Below are positions 16,673 through 26,679 of a stretch of 64,000 nucleotides of DNA, one piece after another. A model generated the notes under the pieces. The model searched no databases, was not told where the DNA came from, and worked only from the letters and a program-made list of their open reading frames with translations. Each line of letters starts with the position of its first letter. Within the stretch, counting starts at the first letter, position 1. Location: the NCBI GenBank assembly GCA_963555995.3, contig OY821641.1, positions 1,696,001 through 1,760,000 on the forward strand, in the 5' to 3' direction. The stretch comes from Vicinamibacteria bacterium. Its GTDB lineage: Bacteria > Acidobacteriota > Vicinamibacteria > Marinacidobacterales > Marinacidobacteraceae. Both the position numbers and the translations under genes were made by a program.

Positions 16673-17602
16673 CTAGCGGGACCGGCGCAGGAAGTCGAGG
16701 AACTCGCTGTCGCTCCCGATGACCAGCGTGACCCCCTCGTCCAGCGCGGTGCGGTAGGTCTCGAGCGACTTCATGAAACGGTAGAAGTCGGCGTCCCGCT
16801 GGTAGGCGCGAGCGTAGATCGCCGAGGCCTCGGCGTCGGCCCGGCCCCGGATCTCCTCGGCCTGGCGGAACGCCTCCGATTCGATGGACTTCAGCTCGCG
16901 CTCGCGCTGTCCCCGCACCTCGGCGGCGCGTCCCTGCCCCTCGGAGCGGCTCCGTTCCGCGATCCGCTGGCGTTCCGAGATCATCCGTTCGTACACCTTC
17001 GCCCGGACTTCCTCGACGTAGTTGACCCGCTTGATGCGGACGTCCACGAGCTCGATCCCGAAGCTCGGCGTGACCTCGGACGCCTTCTCGAGGATGCTGC
17101 GGGTGATCGCGTTCCGGCCGAACTCGATCTCGCTCGGCACCTCCTCGGTCGCGAAGGAGACGAGGTCCTCGGTGATCTCGAAGTCGCGGTTGGTGATCCG
17201 CACGATCTCGATCAGGTCGTAGGTGGCCACCGAGTTCCGGGTCTCGCCGTCAATGATGTCGTCGAGGCGGCTCTGGGCGCCGCGCTCGTCGCGCACCGAC
17301 TGGAAGAACAGCAGCGGGTCCGCGATGCGCCAGCGCGCGTAGGTGTCCACCCAGATGAACTTCTTGTCGCGGGTGGTGATCTGGTTGGCGTCCCCGTCCC
17401 AAGGCAGCCAGCGCTGGTCGAAACGGGTCACCCGGTGGATGAAGGGCAGCTTGAAGTGCAGCCCCGGCTCGGTGACCGCGCCGCCCACCGGCTCGCCGAA
17501 CTGGGTGATGATGGCCTGTTCGGTCTCCCGGATGGTGTAGGTGGAGGCGAAGAGGAGGACGAGTCCGGCGAGCGTCCCCACGACCGGTAGCGCGCGCTTC
17601 AT
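16673..17602 (-). CDS. hflC: Protease modulator HflC
   Basis: 'EQAIITQFGEP..EPGLHFKLPF', 'VYERMISERQRIA..RSEG'; start MKRALP overlaps the hflK stop. Confidence 0.92.
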   Translation of the reverse strand: MKRALPVVGTLAGLVLLFASTYTIRETEQAIITQFGEPVGGAVTEPGLHFKLPFIHRVTRFDQRWLPWDGDANQITTRDKKFIWVDTYARWRIADPLLFFQSVRDERGAQSRLDDIIDGETRNSVATYDLIEIVRITNRDFEITEDLVSFATEEVPSEIEFGRNAITRSILEKASEVTPSFGIELVDVRIKRVNYVEEVRAKVYERMISERQRIAERSRSEGQGRAAEVRGQRERELKSIESEAFRQAEEIRGRADAEASAIYARAYQRDADFYRFMKSLETYRTALDEGVTLVIGSDSEFLDFLRRSR

Positions 17603-18690
17603 CGGGGGTCCTCCCTTTCCGGCTGCCCGCCCGGGCCCGGCCCACCCGGACTGGGCGGTTGGCGCCGTTCGCCGTTCAGGTTCAGGAGCGGCAGGATGTT
17701 GGCGCCGCTCTCGTCGAGGATGACCTTCTGGCCGAGCTTCGGCATGACCTCGGACAGGGTTTCCAGATACATGCGGGCCCGCGTCACCCGGGGCGCGTTC
17801 CGGTACTCGGCATACACGGACTCGAACCGCGACGCCTCGCCGCGGGCGCGGTTCACCCGCTCGGCCGCATAGCCCTCGGCCTCCTGGATGAGGCGCTCGG
17901 CATCGCCGCGGGCGCGGGGGATCGCCTGGTTGTATTCGGCGAGCGCCTCGTTCGTGAGCCGCTCCTTCTCCTGGATGGCCTCGTTCACCTCGTTGAAGGA
18001 CGGCTTGACCGAGTCCGGCGGGTTCACGTCCTGGAGGACGAGCTGCTGGACGCTGATCCCGGTCTCGTAGCGGTCGTTCATCTCCTGGAGGAGATCCTTG
18101 GCCTGCGCCGCGATCTGCTCGCGGCCGACGGTGAGGACCTCGTCCACGCTGTGGTCGCCGACGACGTCCCGCATGGCGGCCTCGCTCATGTCCCGGAACG
18201 TCGAGCGGATCTCGCGCACGTTGAAGAGATAGGCCCGCGGGTCCTGCACCTTGTACTGCACGATCCACTCGACCACCGCGACGTTCAGGTCGCCGGTGAG
18301 CATGAGCGACTCCTCGAGGAACTGGCGCTCGTCATACGCGGTGCGCACGCCGGCCTCGACCGTCCGGAACCCGAACTCTTCCTTGAGCTGGCGTTCCACC
18401 GGCACCTTGGTCACCGCTTCGAGGAACGGCACGATGAAGTGGAGCCCCGGATCCGTCACGCGGGAGTAGCGGCCGAACCGGGTCACGACCCCGGCCTCGT
18501 CCGGCTGGACCTGATAGACGGAGGTGAAGAAGAGGGCCACCGCCGCGATCCCGATCCCGATCCGGATGGCCGTCCGCCGGGCGTTCCCGCCGAAACGCCG
18601 CAGCAGCCCCTCCAGATCCGGCATCGCCGGGCCGTCTCCGCCGAGCCCCGTCCAGGGGCCGTTGCCCCCGGAACTGTCGTAAAGCGCCAT
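17599..18690 (-). CDS. hflK: FtsH protease modulator HflK
   Basis: 'GVVTRFGRY..PGLHF', 'MLTGDLNV', 'IPRARGDA', 'RMYLETL'. Confidence 0.92.
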   Translation of the reverse strand: MALYDSSGGNGPWTGLGGDGPAMPDLEGLLRRFGGNARRTAIRIGIGIAAVALFFTSVYQVQPDEAGVVTRFGRYSRVTDPGLHFIVPFLEAVTKVPVERQLKEEFGFRTVEAGVRTAYDERQFLEESLMLTGDLNVAVVEWIVQYKVQDPRAYLFNVREIRSTFRDMSEAAMRDVVGDHSVDEVLTVGREQIAAQAKDLLQEMNDRYETGISVQQLVLQDVNPPDSVKPSFNEVNEAIQEKERLTNEALAEYNQAIPRARGDAERLIQEAEGYAAERVNRARGEASRFESVYAEYRNAPRVTRARMYLETLSEVMPKLGQKVILDESGANILPLLNLNGERRQPPSPGGPGPGGQPEREDPR

Positions 18691-18752
18691 TCGCTCTCGC
18701 CTCCTGCCTCGCAGCCTGTGGAGAGGATCGTAGCGCGCGCCCGGCCGCTACC

Positions 18753-19262
18753 ATGCGCCGGATGCGGAGCCACGCGATCTCTCTCGGCCTTCTCGTCCTC
18801 CTTGCCGGCGCCTGCGGAACGCCGTCCGGCTCCGGCGGGTCCGGCAGCGCGGCGCCGGAGGAGCGTCAGGCGGTGACACCGGAGGAGGCGGCGCGCATCG
18901 AGGCGGACATCCGCGCGCTCCTGGAGGAGCAGTCGGGCGCCTGGAACGAGGGGGATCTCGTCCGGTTCGTCGCCGACTACCTCGACTCCCCCGGGATGCG
19001 GTTCGTCTCGGGAGGGAGCGTCCGCTACGGCGCGGGCGACGTGCTCGACCGCTACCGCCGGACCTACCCGGACCGGGCGGCGATGGGGGTGCTGACCTTC
19101 ACCGACCTCGACGTGCGGGTGCTGTCCGACGAGTACGTGTTCGTCTTCGGGCGCTACAACCTCGAACGCGAAAGCGACGCCCCCACCGGTCTCTTCACGC
19201 TGCTCTTCGAGCGCACCGGGGACGGCTGGAAGATCTCCCACGACCACACGTCGTCGGGCTGA
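18753..19262 (+). CDS. NTF2-like (DUF4440/YybH) lipoprotein
   Basis: Lipobox LAGAC, 'AWNEGDL..F...Y', 'GWKISHDHTS'. Confidence 0.8.
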   Translation: MRRMRSHAISLGLLVLLAGACGTPSGSGGSGSAAPEERQAVTPEEAARIEADIRALLEEQSGAWNEGDLVRFVADYLDSPGMRFVSGGSVRYGAGDVLDRYRRTYPDRAAMGVLTFTDLDVRVLSDEYVFVFGRYNLERESDAPTGLFTLLFERTGDGWKISHDHTSSG

Positions 19263-19346
19263 GGGGGGCGGGACGCACGACCTCGTCGAGGTTGTGGTCC
19301 ATAAGGGTGAATGGCGTTACGACGTGCGCAGCGCGGAGCGCCGCGC

Positions 19347-19372
19347 GTGCCGGTCTGGAGACCGGCGTTCCA
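19347..19372. repeat. Single REP arm
   Basis: gtgccggtctggagaccggcgttcca between convergent genes. Confidence 0.7.
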
Positions 19373-19388
19373 AACCGGAGGCGCTACC

Positions 19389-22300
19389 TTACGTGGGGCG
19401 GCGGCTCAGGGCGCGGAAGTATTCCTCGACCATGTCGCGGTAGGCGTCGGGGGGGCGGTCGTCGGAGCCGGTGAGGACGTCGGCGCCGGAGCCGCCGGCG
19501 AGGGCGCGGCGCAGCTCGAATTCGAGCTGGCGCAGGGTGTCGAGCACTTCGGCCTCGAGGATCTCCATGCCGCGCGGGTCGCCGGTGAGGCGCTCGGGGT
19601 TCAGGCCCCGGAGGGCGTCCACCACCTGCCCCAGGCGGTCGGTCCCGCGGTCGCCGCTCGCGCCGATGCCGGTGAGCTCGCGGCGGAGCGCCTCGGCGTC
19701 CTGGACCCGCCGGTCGAGTTCGCGCTGGAGCTGACGGGCTTCCCGCCCCTCGGCGGCGCCACCGCCGCTTCCCCGCCCCTCAGCGGACTCCTCTCCGGCG
19801 GAGCCCTGCGACTCGGCATCGGAGGGGGACTCCGACTGCTCCGCGCGGTCGGCGAGACGGTTCCGCAGGCCTTCGAGCCCCCGGACCAGGCTCGCCGCCC
19901 GGTCGAGGACATCGTCGCGGCCGGCGCGGTCCGAACCCTCCACCACTTCCCGGGCCGCGGTCAGGTCCTCCTCCAGCGCTTCGAGATCGTTCGCGATCAT
20001 CCCCTCGAACTGGTCGGCGTATTCCGGTGAGCGCTGCGCCGCGACGCCCCGGGAGTAGTGGATCTTCTCCTTCAGCTTCCGGTCGCGGATCCCGTCGGCG
20101 GCCTCGCCGACCGCGCCGGCGGCCTCGGGTTCGTCCCGGCTCCATTCGCGGCTGACCTCGTCGAGCTGCTGCTCGAGCCGCTGGACCCGCTCGGCGAGGT
20201 CCTGCTTCGCTCCCGAAACGCTGGAGATCGCCTCGCGGGTGCGCTCCTCTTCGAGGTCCCCGACGGCCGAGCGGATCCGGTCCTGCGCGGCCCGGAGGCG
20301 CTTCGTCTCGTCGAGCGCGTTCTGGACGTCGCGCCCGAGGCGTTCCCGCCGCTGCCCATCGAGATCGCGGCGCGCGTTCCGCAGCTCGTTCGCGGCCGAC
20401 AGGCCGCTTTCGAGCCCCTCGGAACTGTTGCTGGCCGACCGCATGTCCTGGGCCGCGTCACGGAGTCTCCTGGAGACCGCCGCGAGGTCCGGGCGCGACC
20501 GCTCGCGGGCCAGGCGTTCGAGCCGCCGGGCCACGTCCTCGGTCTCCGCGGCGAGCTGGTTCTGGGGCGAACCGGCGCCGCCCCCGGACTGGCGCACGCC
20601 GCGGCGGATCCGTTCGTTCTCCTGCTCCTGGCGGCGGGCGAGTTCGGCGAGCCGCTGGAGGAGCTCGTCCACCTCGTTGTCGGCGGAGGAGCGGCGCTGC
20701 GCTTCCACCGTCTCGTACTGGTTGCGGAGCTTGTCCATCTCGAGTTCGAAGAGACTCGCGAGGTCCTCCGCCTGGGCCCGCGGACCACCGCCGCCTCCTC
20801 CGCCGCCGCCCTGGCCGAACGCGACCTGGGCGTCACGGAAGACCGCATCGGCGCGTTGCAGGTGGGTCAGCGCCTTCTGCTCGCGTGGCAGGGCGTCGTC
20901 CGGATTCCCGGCCACGAGCAGCTCCTCGGCGACGGTCATCTCCACGAGCCCGGCATCGAGATGCTCCACGATCTCGGAGAACTCCGGGGTCGCTCCGATC
21001 CCGCGGTTCCGGAGACGGCGGTTCAGGGTCGCGACCTGCTCGCGGAGCCGCCCCTGGGCGAGACCGATGGTGGCGACGGTCTCGGTGACCGCGCTCGCCG
21101 GCATCCCGTCCCGGTCCCGGAGGACCTTGAAGGTCGCGACGACGATCTGTTTCTGGCGGAGGCTGAGGGTGCCGTCGAGTCCGTCGCCGCCTCCGGCCCC
21201 CCCGCCCGGCATGGTGTCGCCCTGCCGGTAGGTCCGGTCGAAGGGCCGCACCGCAATGAAGAAGATGTCGGTCGCGGCCTCGGCCCCCGCCCCGTCCCGC
21301 GCCACCGCGTAGTAGGAGACGAGATCGCCCGGCACCAGGTCGTGTTCCTCGAGGAACAGGGTGTGCCCGGACTGGATCTCGTCCCGGGCCCCTCCCGAGG
21401 CCAGGACCTCGCGGGTCTCCTCGCCGCCGTTGACGGAGACCCGCATCTCGACCCGCCGGACCGCGTAGTCGTCCTCGGCGAGGACTTCGGTGAACACCTC
21501 CTCCACCGGGTTGGCCTGCGTGTCCCGGCCGGGGCGCACGAACCGGACGATGGGAGGCAGATCGTCGAGCACCTCGATCAGGTAGTCGCGGGAGGCCGTG
21601 CGCAGGTTCCCGTCCGGGCCGGCGAGCGCCACCCGGTAGGAACCGCTCTCCGCGAGCCGGAGGGTGGCGGTCATCACCTCGGCCCCCGCCCCGGTGGGCG
21701 AGTCCCCGGGCGCCTCCGGGGCCTCGAGGGGGATCTCGACCGGTCCCGGCTCGAGGCGCACCACGCCGGTGGCCGCCGGCACCGTGGGGATCACCGTGAG
21801 CTCCACGACCGTGCCGGCCACCGCGGCGATGTCTCCCCCGTCCTCGACCTCGCGGGGGCCGAGTCCGGTGTGCTCCGGATAGCGGTACACGAGACCGATC
21901 CGCGCCACGTAGGGGACGTCCTCGACCTCGATCCGGAAGGTCGGAGAGAGCACCCCGTCCGCGTCCACGTAGTAGTCGGTCGCTTCCGGAATCCCGAGCA
22001 GCAGGTGCCGGAAGGCCCCGTCCTCGGGGTCGGGCAGCATCGGGACCGTCTCCCAGAGCGCGCTCCCCTCGACCCGGGTGCGGAGGTCCACCCGTTCCGC
22101 CGTGAACCCCTCCAGCCGGGCCGCGATCCAGCGGTCCGAGTCGCGCGCCACGGCGGCGTCGCCCGGGTCCACCAGCACCCGGTAGGGATTCGCGTCGCCG
22201 ATGTCCCCCCAGGGCGAGAGGAGGAGGGCGGCGCCGCGCAGCAGCGCGGGAGGGGCGAGCAGCGAGGCCACGAGGGCCACGCCCCCGACGGTGGCGAGCG

Positions 22301-22802
22301 CCCCCCCGGCCCGGCGGAGCGCCGGACTCTCGACCAGCCGGCCCTCGTTCAGCGTCTCGAGGCGGTGGATGGCCTCCTCCACCACCAGCCGCGTGAGGTC
22401 GGGCGAAATCCCGCTGCCGCCGGCGTCCTCCCGCGCGTCGAGGTGGCCCAGTTCGACGCCGCTGCTGACCGTCTCCCGCAGGCTGGGGTCGTGCTCCTCG
22501 ACATAGCGCGCCACCTGCTCGTCGGTGACCCGCGAGCGGAGGGGCCGGACGACGAAGCGCCAGACCGCCGCGCCGAAGGTGAGCCACGCCGCCGCCTGCA
22601 GGGCGCGGACGACCCACGGCGCGTAGCGCAGCGCGTCCATCGCCGCCGACGACACCCCGACGACCAGCACCGCGGCCGCTCCGACCACGGTGAAGCCGAG
22701 AATGAGACGCCGGGTGCGCCAGCGGTTCCGCACCCGGCGGATGACGCGCAGCAGGTCGTCGTAGGAGGACCGCGGTGCCGAATGCAACCCGAGTGTCGTC
22801 AT
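19389..22802 (-). CDS. Large membrane-anchored Ig-like/coiled-coil protein (DUF4175-like)
   Basis: N-terminal TM helices, beta-rich middle 'P.V....PGRD...EDDY', long coiled-coil C-terminus ending 'YRDMVEEYFRALS'. Confidence 0.7.
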   Translation of the reverse strand: MTTLGLHSAPRSSYDDLLRVIRRVRNRWRTRRLILGFTVVGAAAVLVVGVSSAAMDALRYAPWVVRALQAAAWLTFGAAVWRFVVRPLRSRVTDEQVARYVEEHDPSLRETVSSGVELGHLDAREDAGGSGISPDLTRLVVEEAIHRLETLNEGRLVESPALRRAGGALATVGGVALVASLLAPPALLRGAALLLSPWGDIGDANPYRVLVDPGDAAVARDSDRWIAARLEGFTAERVDLRTRVEGSALWETVPMLPDPEDGAFRHLLLGIPEATDYYVDADGVLSPTFRIEVEDVPYVARIGLVYRYPEHTGLGPREVEDGGDIAAVAGTVVELTVIPTVPAATGVVRLEPGPVEIPLEAPEAPGDSPTGAGAEVMTATLRLAESGSYRVALAGPDGNLRTASRDYLIEVLDDLPPIVRFVRPGRDTQANPVEEVFTEVLAEDDYAVRRVEMRVSVNGGEETREVLASGGARDEIQSGHTLFLEEHDLVPGDLVSYYAVARDGAGAEAATDIFFIAVRPFDRTYRQGDTMPGGGAGGGDGLDGTLSLRQKQIVVATFKVLRDRDGMPASAVTETVATIGLAQGRLREQVATLNRRLRNRGIGATPEFSEIVEHLDAGLVEMTVAEELLVAGNPDDALPREQKALTHLQRADAVFRDAQVAFGQGGGGGGGGGPRAQAEDLASLFELEMDKLRNQYETVEAQRRSSADNEVDELLQRLAELARRQEQENERIRRGVRQSGGGAGSPQNQLAAETEDVARRLERLARERSRPDLAAVSRRLRDAAQDMRSASNSSEGLESGLSAANELRNARRDLDGQRRERLGRDVQNALDETKRLRAAQDRIRSAVGDLEEERTREAISSVSGAKQDLAERVQRLEQQLDEVSREWSRDEPEAAGAVGEAADGIRDRKLKEKIHYSRGVAAQRSPEYADQFEGMIANDLEALEEDLTAAREVVEGSDRAGRDDVLDRAASLVRGLEGLRNRLADRAEQSESPSDAESQGSAGEESAEGRGSGGGAAEGREARQLQRELDRRVQDAEALRRELTGIGASGDRGTDRLGQVVDALRGLNPERLTGDPRGMEILEAEVLDTLRQLEFELRRALAGGSGADVLTGSDDRPPDAYRDMVEEYFRALSRRPT

Positions 22803-22872
22803 GGGCGGGGGGTTGCCGGAGTATAGGCACCGCCGCCCGGGGCCGCCGCGCCGAGGCGCATCCCGGCGGGAG

Positions 22873-24921
22873 TCATCCCGGCAGGCTGCCCGGGGCGGCG
22901 CTCCGGTTCGCCGCCCAGGCTTCGCTCACGAGGAGCAGCCCGAAACCGGCGAGCAACAGCCAGCCCACGGCCCGCCCCGGGACGTCCGGGGCGACGGGGT
23001 TCGCGGCGGCCGGCGCTTCCCCTTCGGGGGACGCCGCCGCCGCCATCCGGACTTCCGCGGCGTCGAGGGCGCGGAGGTCCGATTCGGCGAGGGGAGGATT
23101 CACCCCGATCCGGCGGAACTCCGCCGCGCCGGGCCGCCGGGCGCGGTAGAAGCCGGGTTCCGCCAGCCGCAGCGCGTCCCTGCCGCCGAGCACGGTGCGT
23201 TCGCCCGAGGGCGCGTCGGCCAGGACCTCCTCCGCTTCCCCGGAGGGCCCCGGGGACAGCCGGAACGCCGCGCCGGGGTCCACGCTCTCCCCGACCCGGT
23301 AGGCGATCGGAATCCGCTCGTGGCCGGCGGCGACCTCCACCATCCGGTGCAGCAGCGGCACGAAGGCCGCGCGCCGGGGAAGGTCGGTCCACTCCGCGTC
23401 CAGCGAGGAAGCGAACAGCAGCGTCCTGCCGTCGCCCCAGGCCGCCTCCACGATGGCCGGCTTGCCGTCGTCGAAGCGCGCCAGGACCGCGGCGTCGGGC
23501 CGGACCCCGGCGAGGTCCCGGTAGCGGAAGAACGCGAGCGCGCCGAGCACCGCGGAGCCCTCGCCCCCGAAGGGCTCGAAGATCGGATGCCGGGCGGCCA
23601 GGTCTCCGAGGCGTCCCGCCGGATCGCGGTCCACGAACCCTCCCGGCGCCGCCGGGACGAACGCCCCGAGTTCGTCGCTCGCCGCCCGCGACAGGCGGCG
23701 CGGCCCCGCGGCCATCACGAGGCCTCCGCCCCCCTCGACGAAGTCCCCGAGCGCCCGCACGGCGCCGGCGTCGAGGCGGCCCGGGTCCCGGACCAGCGCC
23801 ACCCGGACGGCTTCGAGCGCGCCGCGCACCGCGCCTTCGCCCCGGGCCGGGCCGCGGTCCAGCACGAATCCGGGCGCGACGCCCACCCCGAGCGCCTCGC
23901 TGACATAGACCGAGGGCGGACCGCCTCCGAGGTCGGCGACCCGGATCGCCGCCTCCGGGTGGATCACCAAGTGAAAGCGGTCGTCTCCGGCGAAGCCGTC
24001 GCCGGGAAGCCGCACCTCGGCGGCCAGCGGCTCGCTCGGCCGCAGGACCGGGGCGAACCGCACGGTGGTCATCCGGTCGGCGGCGGCGGTCAGGTCCTTC
24101 CTTTCCACCGCGCGCCCCGAGAGCCGGAGCTCGATCTCCCCGCTCCAATCGGGGTTCGCCGGGGACGGCGCGAAGCCCACTTCCGCGGTCACCACGAGCT
24201 GCTCCCGGCCCTCGGACACCACCGTCACGTCCGCGATCCAGGCGTTGGCCGGCGGTCTCGCGCCCACCGCCCGCACCCGGAGCTCGACGCCGGGCGGCAG
24301 GCTGGGTTGCGGCCGGCCGTCCTCGAAACCGCTCCGCTGGAGGTCCGAGATCAGCACCACCTCGCGCCGCCGGCCCGGGGCGGCGGGCAGCAGGCGGCCG
24401 GCGAGCCCGAGCGCGGGGGCGAAGCTCGTGCCGCCGCCCCCCGCCGCCAGACCCGCCACCGCCGGGGTCAGGGTCCCCCGGTCCCCGGTCAGCTCGGTCA
24501 GCGCCGCCGCCCGCCCGTCGAAGGCGACCACGATGGCCCGGTCGTCCCGGCCGAGTCCGCCCAGCTCCTCCTGCGCCGCCTCGCGGGCCGCCGCCATGCG
24601 GTCCCCCACCGTCATGCTCAGCGAGCGGTCCACGAGCACCGCCCGGTCGAGCGCCGTTCCTTCCCCACCCGCGAGCGCTCCGCCGCGCAGCACCGGCTCG
24701 GCGAAGGCGGCGGCCAGCAGCAGCAGCGCGAGGCAGCGCAGGATCAGCAGCGGGATGTTCCGGAAGCGGCGGCGCTTGAAGCGCGCCGTCGCGCTCGTCA
24801 ACTGGAGCAGCAGGAAGGAGGGGAACGCGACCGGCTCGCGCCGCCGCCGGGTGAGGTGCAGGACGATGGGCAGGGCCACGAGGAGGCCGCCGAGCAGGAA
24901 CAGCGGCGCCAGGAAACTCAT
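22873..24921 (-). CDS. BatA-N + VWA domain membrane protein
   Basis: 'FLAPLFLLG...LPIVLHL...FPS', MIDAS 'DRSLSM', 'VLISDLQ', C-terminal TM. Confidence 0.85.
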   Translation of the reverse strand: MSFLAPLFLLGGLLVALPIVLHLTRRRREPVAFPSFLLLQLTSATARFKRRRFRNIPLLILRCLALLLLAAAFAEPVLRGGALAGGEGTALDRAVLVDRSLSMTVGDRMAAAREAAQEELGGLGRDDRAIVVAFDGRAAALTELTGDRGTLTPAVAGLAAGGGGTSFAPALGLAGRLLPAAPGRRREVVLISDLQRSGFEDGRPQPSLPPGVELRVRAVGARPPANAWIADVTVVSEGREQLVVTAEVGFAPSPANPDWSGEIELRLSGRAVERKDLTAAADRMTTVRFAPVLRPSEPLAAEVRLPGDGFAGDDRFHLVIHPEAAIRVADLGGGPPSVYVSEALGVGVAPGFVLDRGPARGEGAVRGALEAVRVALVRDPGRLDAGAVRALGDFVEGGGGLVMAAGPRRLSRAASDELGAFVPAAPGGFVDRDPAGRLGDLAARHPIFEPFGGEGSAVLGALAFFRYRDLAGVRPDAAVLARFDDGKPAIVEAAWGDGRTLLFASSLDAEWTDLPRRAAFVPLLHRMVEVAAGHERIPIAYRVGESVDPGAAFRLSPGPSGEAEEVLADAPSGERTVLGGRDALRLAEPGFYRARRPGAAEFRRIGVNPPLAESDLRALDAAEVRMAAAASPEGEAPAAANPVAPDVPGRAVGWLLLAGFGLLLVSEAWAANRSAAPGSLPG

Positions 24922-24935
24922 GCTGGTTGGAGACG

Positions 24936-25650
24936 GCTGGGAGCGCCGGTCTTCAGACCGGCACAGCGGGCCGAAGGCCCGCGGATGTCGGGTCGCAGTT
25001 CGCGCTGATGAACCGAAAGCAGAACGCCACCGCGCAGGACGGCGTCCTGCCGTGCGCTGCGCGGTGGCGCAGCGCGTGCCGGTCTGAAGACCGGCGCTCC
25101 CCGCCGGCGGCGCAACGTGAGCTCGTTGACGTTTCGCCCGAACCGCATTTCACAGCACCCCCCCTGATCGGTCCTCCCGCACGCCCCGCTGGGAGCGCCG
25201 GTCTTCAGACCGGCACAGCCGGCCGAAGGCCCGCGGATGTCGGGTCGCAGTTCCCGCTGATGAACCGAAAGCAGAACGCCACCGCGCAGGCCTGCCGTGC
25301 GCTGCGCGGTGGCGCAGCGCGTGCCGGTCTGAAGACCGGCGCTCCCCGCCGGCGGCGCAACGTGCGCTCGTTGACCTTTCGCCCGAACCGCATTTCACAG
25401 CACCCCCCCTGATCGGTCCTCCCGCACGCCCCGCTGGGAGCGCCGGTCTTCAGACCGGCACAGCCGGCCGAAGGCCCGCGGATGTCGGGTCGCAGTTCCC
25501 GCTGATGAACCGAAAGCAGAACGCCACCGCGCAGGTCAGCGTCCTGCCGTGCGCTGCGCGGTGGCGCAGCGCGTGCCGGTCTGAAGACCGGCGCTCCCCG
25601 CCGGCGGCGCAACGTGCGCTCGTTGACGTTTCGCCGAAACCGCATTCTCA
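24936..25650. repeat. Three tandem ~245-252 bp units, each containing a REP doublet
   Basis: Units start at 24936, 25188 and 25433 (gctgggagcgccggtcttcagaccggcac ... gtgccggtctgaagaccggcgctccc); near-identical. Confidence 0.9.
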
Positions 25651-25695
25651 CGGAGACCGGCCGGAGGTCGGCGCGCGGGAGCGGGGCGAGGAAGT

Positions 25696-26661
25696 TCATC
25701 GCCGGCGCCGGCGGCCTTCCCGCTCGCTCAGGTAGCGGAACAGCGCGAAGTCGAGCGGGGTGCTGGTGTCGGTGAGGACGTAGTCCACCTCCCGGCGCAC
25801 CAGACCCGCGCGGAGCGCCCGGGTGTGCTCCGCCATCGCCTCCCGGTAGCGCTCCCGGGCGCGGGTGGGGGAGAGGTCGAGCAGGGCGCCCGACTCCAGG
25901 TCGCGGAACCGCGTGCCCGACTCCTCGAAGCCGGGCGCGCCGTCCATGTCCAGGTCCACCTCCGCCGGGTCGAGGACGTGGAACGCCATGATGTCGTGTC
26001 CGGTCACCAGCAGCCGGTCAAAGGCCGCCAGCACCGCCTCGGGCGGCTCGTAGAAGTCCGACACCACGGCCACCAGCCCCCGCCGGCCGAGCGCCGCCCC
26101 GAGCTGGGCGAGCGGCGGTCCCAGGTCGGACGCGGCGGTCTTCTTTCGCCGCGCGTCCGGCTCCGTCGCCGGCTGGACCCGGGCCAGGTGCTGGAGCACG
26201 GTCTCGAGGTGCCTGGCGGACGGCGGGACGAACTCCCGCAGCTCGTGGTCGAAGATGCCGAGCCCCACCCGGTCCCGCTGGGACCGGGAGAAGGCGGCCA
26301 GGCTGCCGGCGAGGAAACGCGCGTAGTCGAGCTTCCGGATGCCGCGCCAGCCGAAGTCCATGGAGCGCGAGACATCCACGGCGACCACGAAGTTGGCGTT
26401 CGTGTCGGCCTCGAACTCCTTGACGTGGAAGCGGTCGGAGCGCGCGAAGAGCCGCCAGTCGAGCCGCCGGATGTCGTCGCCGGGCATGTAGGGCCGGTGT
26501 TCCGCGAAATCAATCGAGCGCCCCAGGAAGGTCGAACGGTGCAGCCCGCTGATGAAGCCCTGCACGACCATCTTGGCCACCAGCGACAGGTTCGAGATCC
26601 GGGCGAGCGCCACGGGATCAAGGAACCGCGTCTGCGCAGCCGGCATCGCTCGCTGAACCAC
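25696..26661 (-). CDS. DUF58 domain protein
   Basis: 'GLHRS...G.SIDFAEHRPYMPGDDIRRLDWRLFAR', 'DVSRSM', 'SDF'. Confidence 0.9.
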   Translation of the reverse strand: MVQRAMPAAQTRFLDPVALARISNLSLVAKMVVQGFISGLHRSTFLGRSIDFAEHRPYMPGDDIRRLDWRLFARSDRFHVKEFEADTNANFVVAVDVSRSMDFGWRGIRKLDYARFLAGSLAAFSRSQRDRVGLGIFDHELREFVPPSARHLETVLQHLARVQPATEPDARRKKTAASDLGPPLAQLGAALGRRGLVAVVSDFYEPPEAVLAAFDRLLVTGHDIMAFHVLDPAEVDLDMDGAPGFEESGTRFRDLESGALLDLSPTRARERYREAMAEHTRALRAGLVRREVDYVLTDTSTPLDFALFRYLSEREGRRRRR

Positions 26662-26679
26662 GGGCCCCGGAACGTCTCG

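Noticed and set aside
7733-19372. REP arms at 7733 and 19347 as ends of one 11.6-kb element
   Set aside because: They are reverse complements, but this loop variant also occurs at 35718-35914 and the interval includes housekeeping hflKC; more likely independent singlets.
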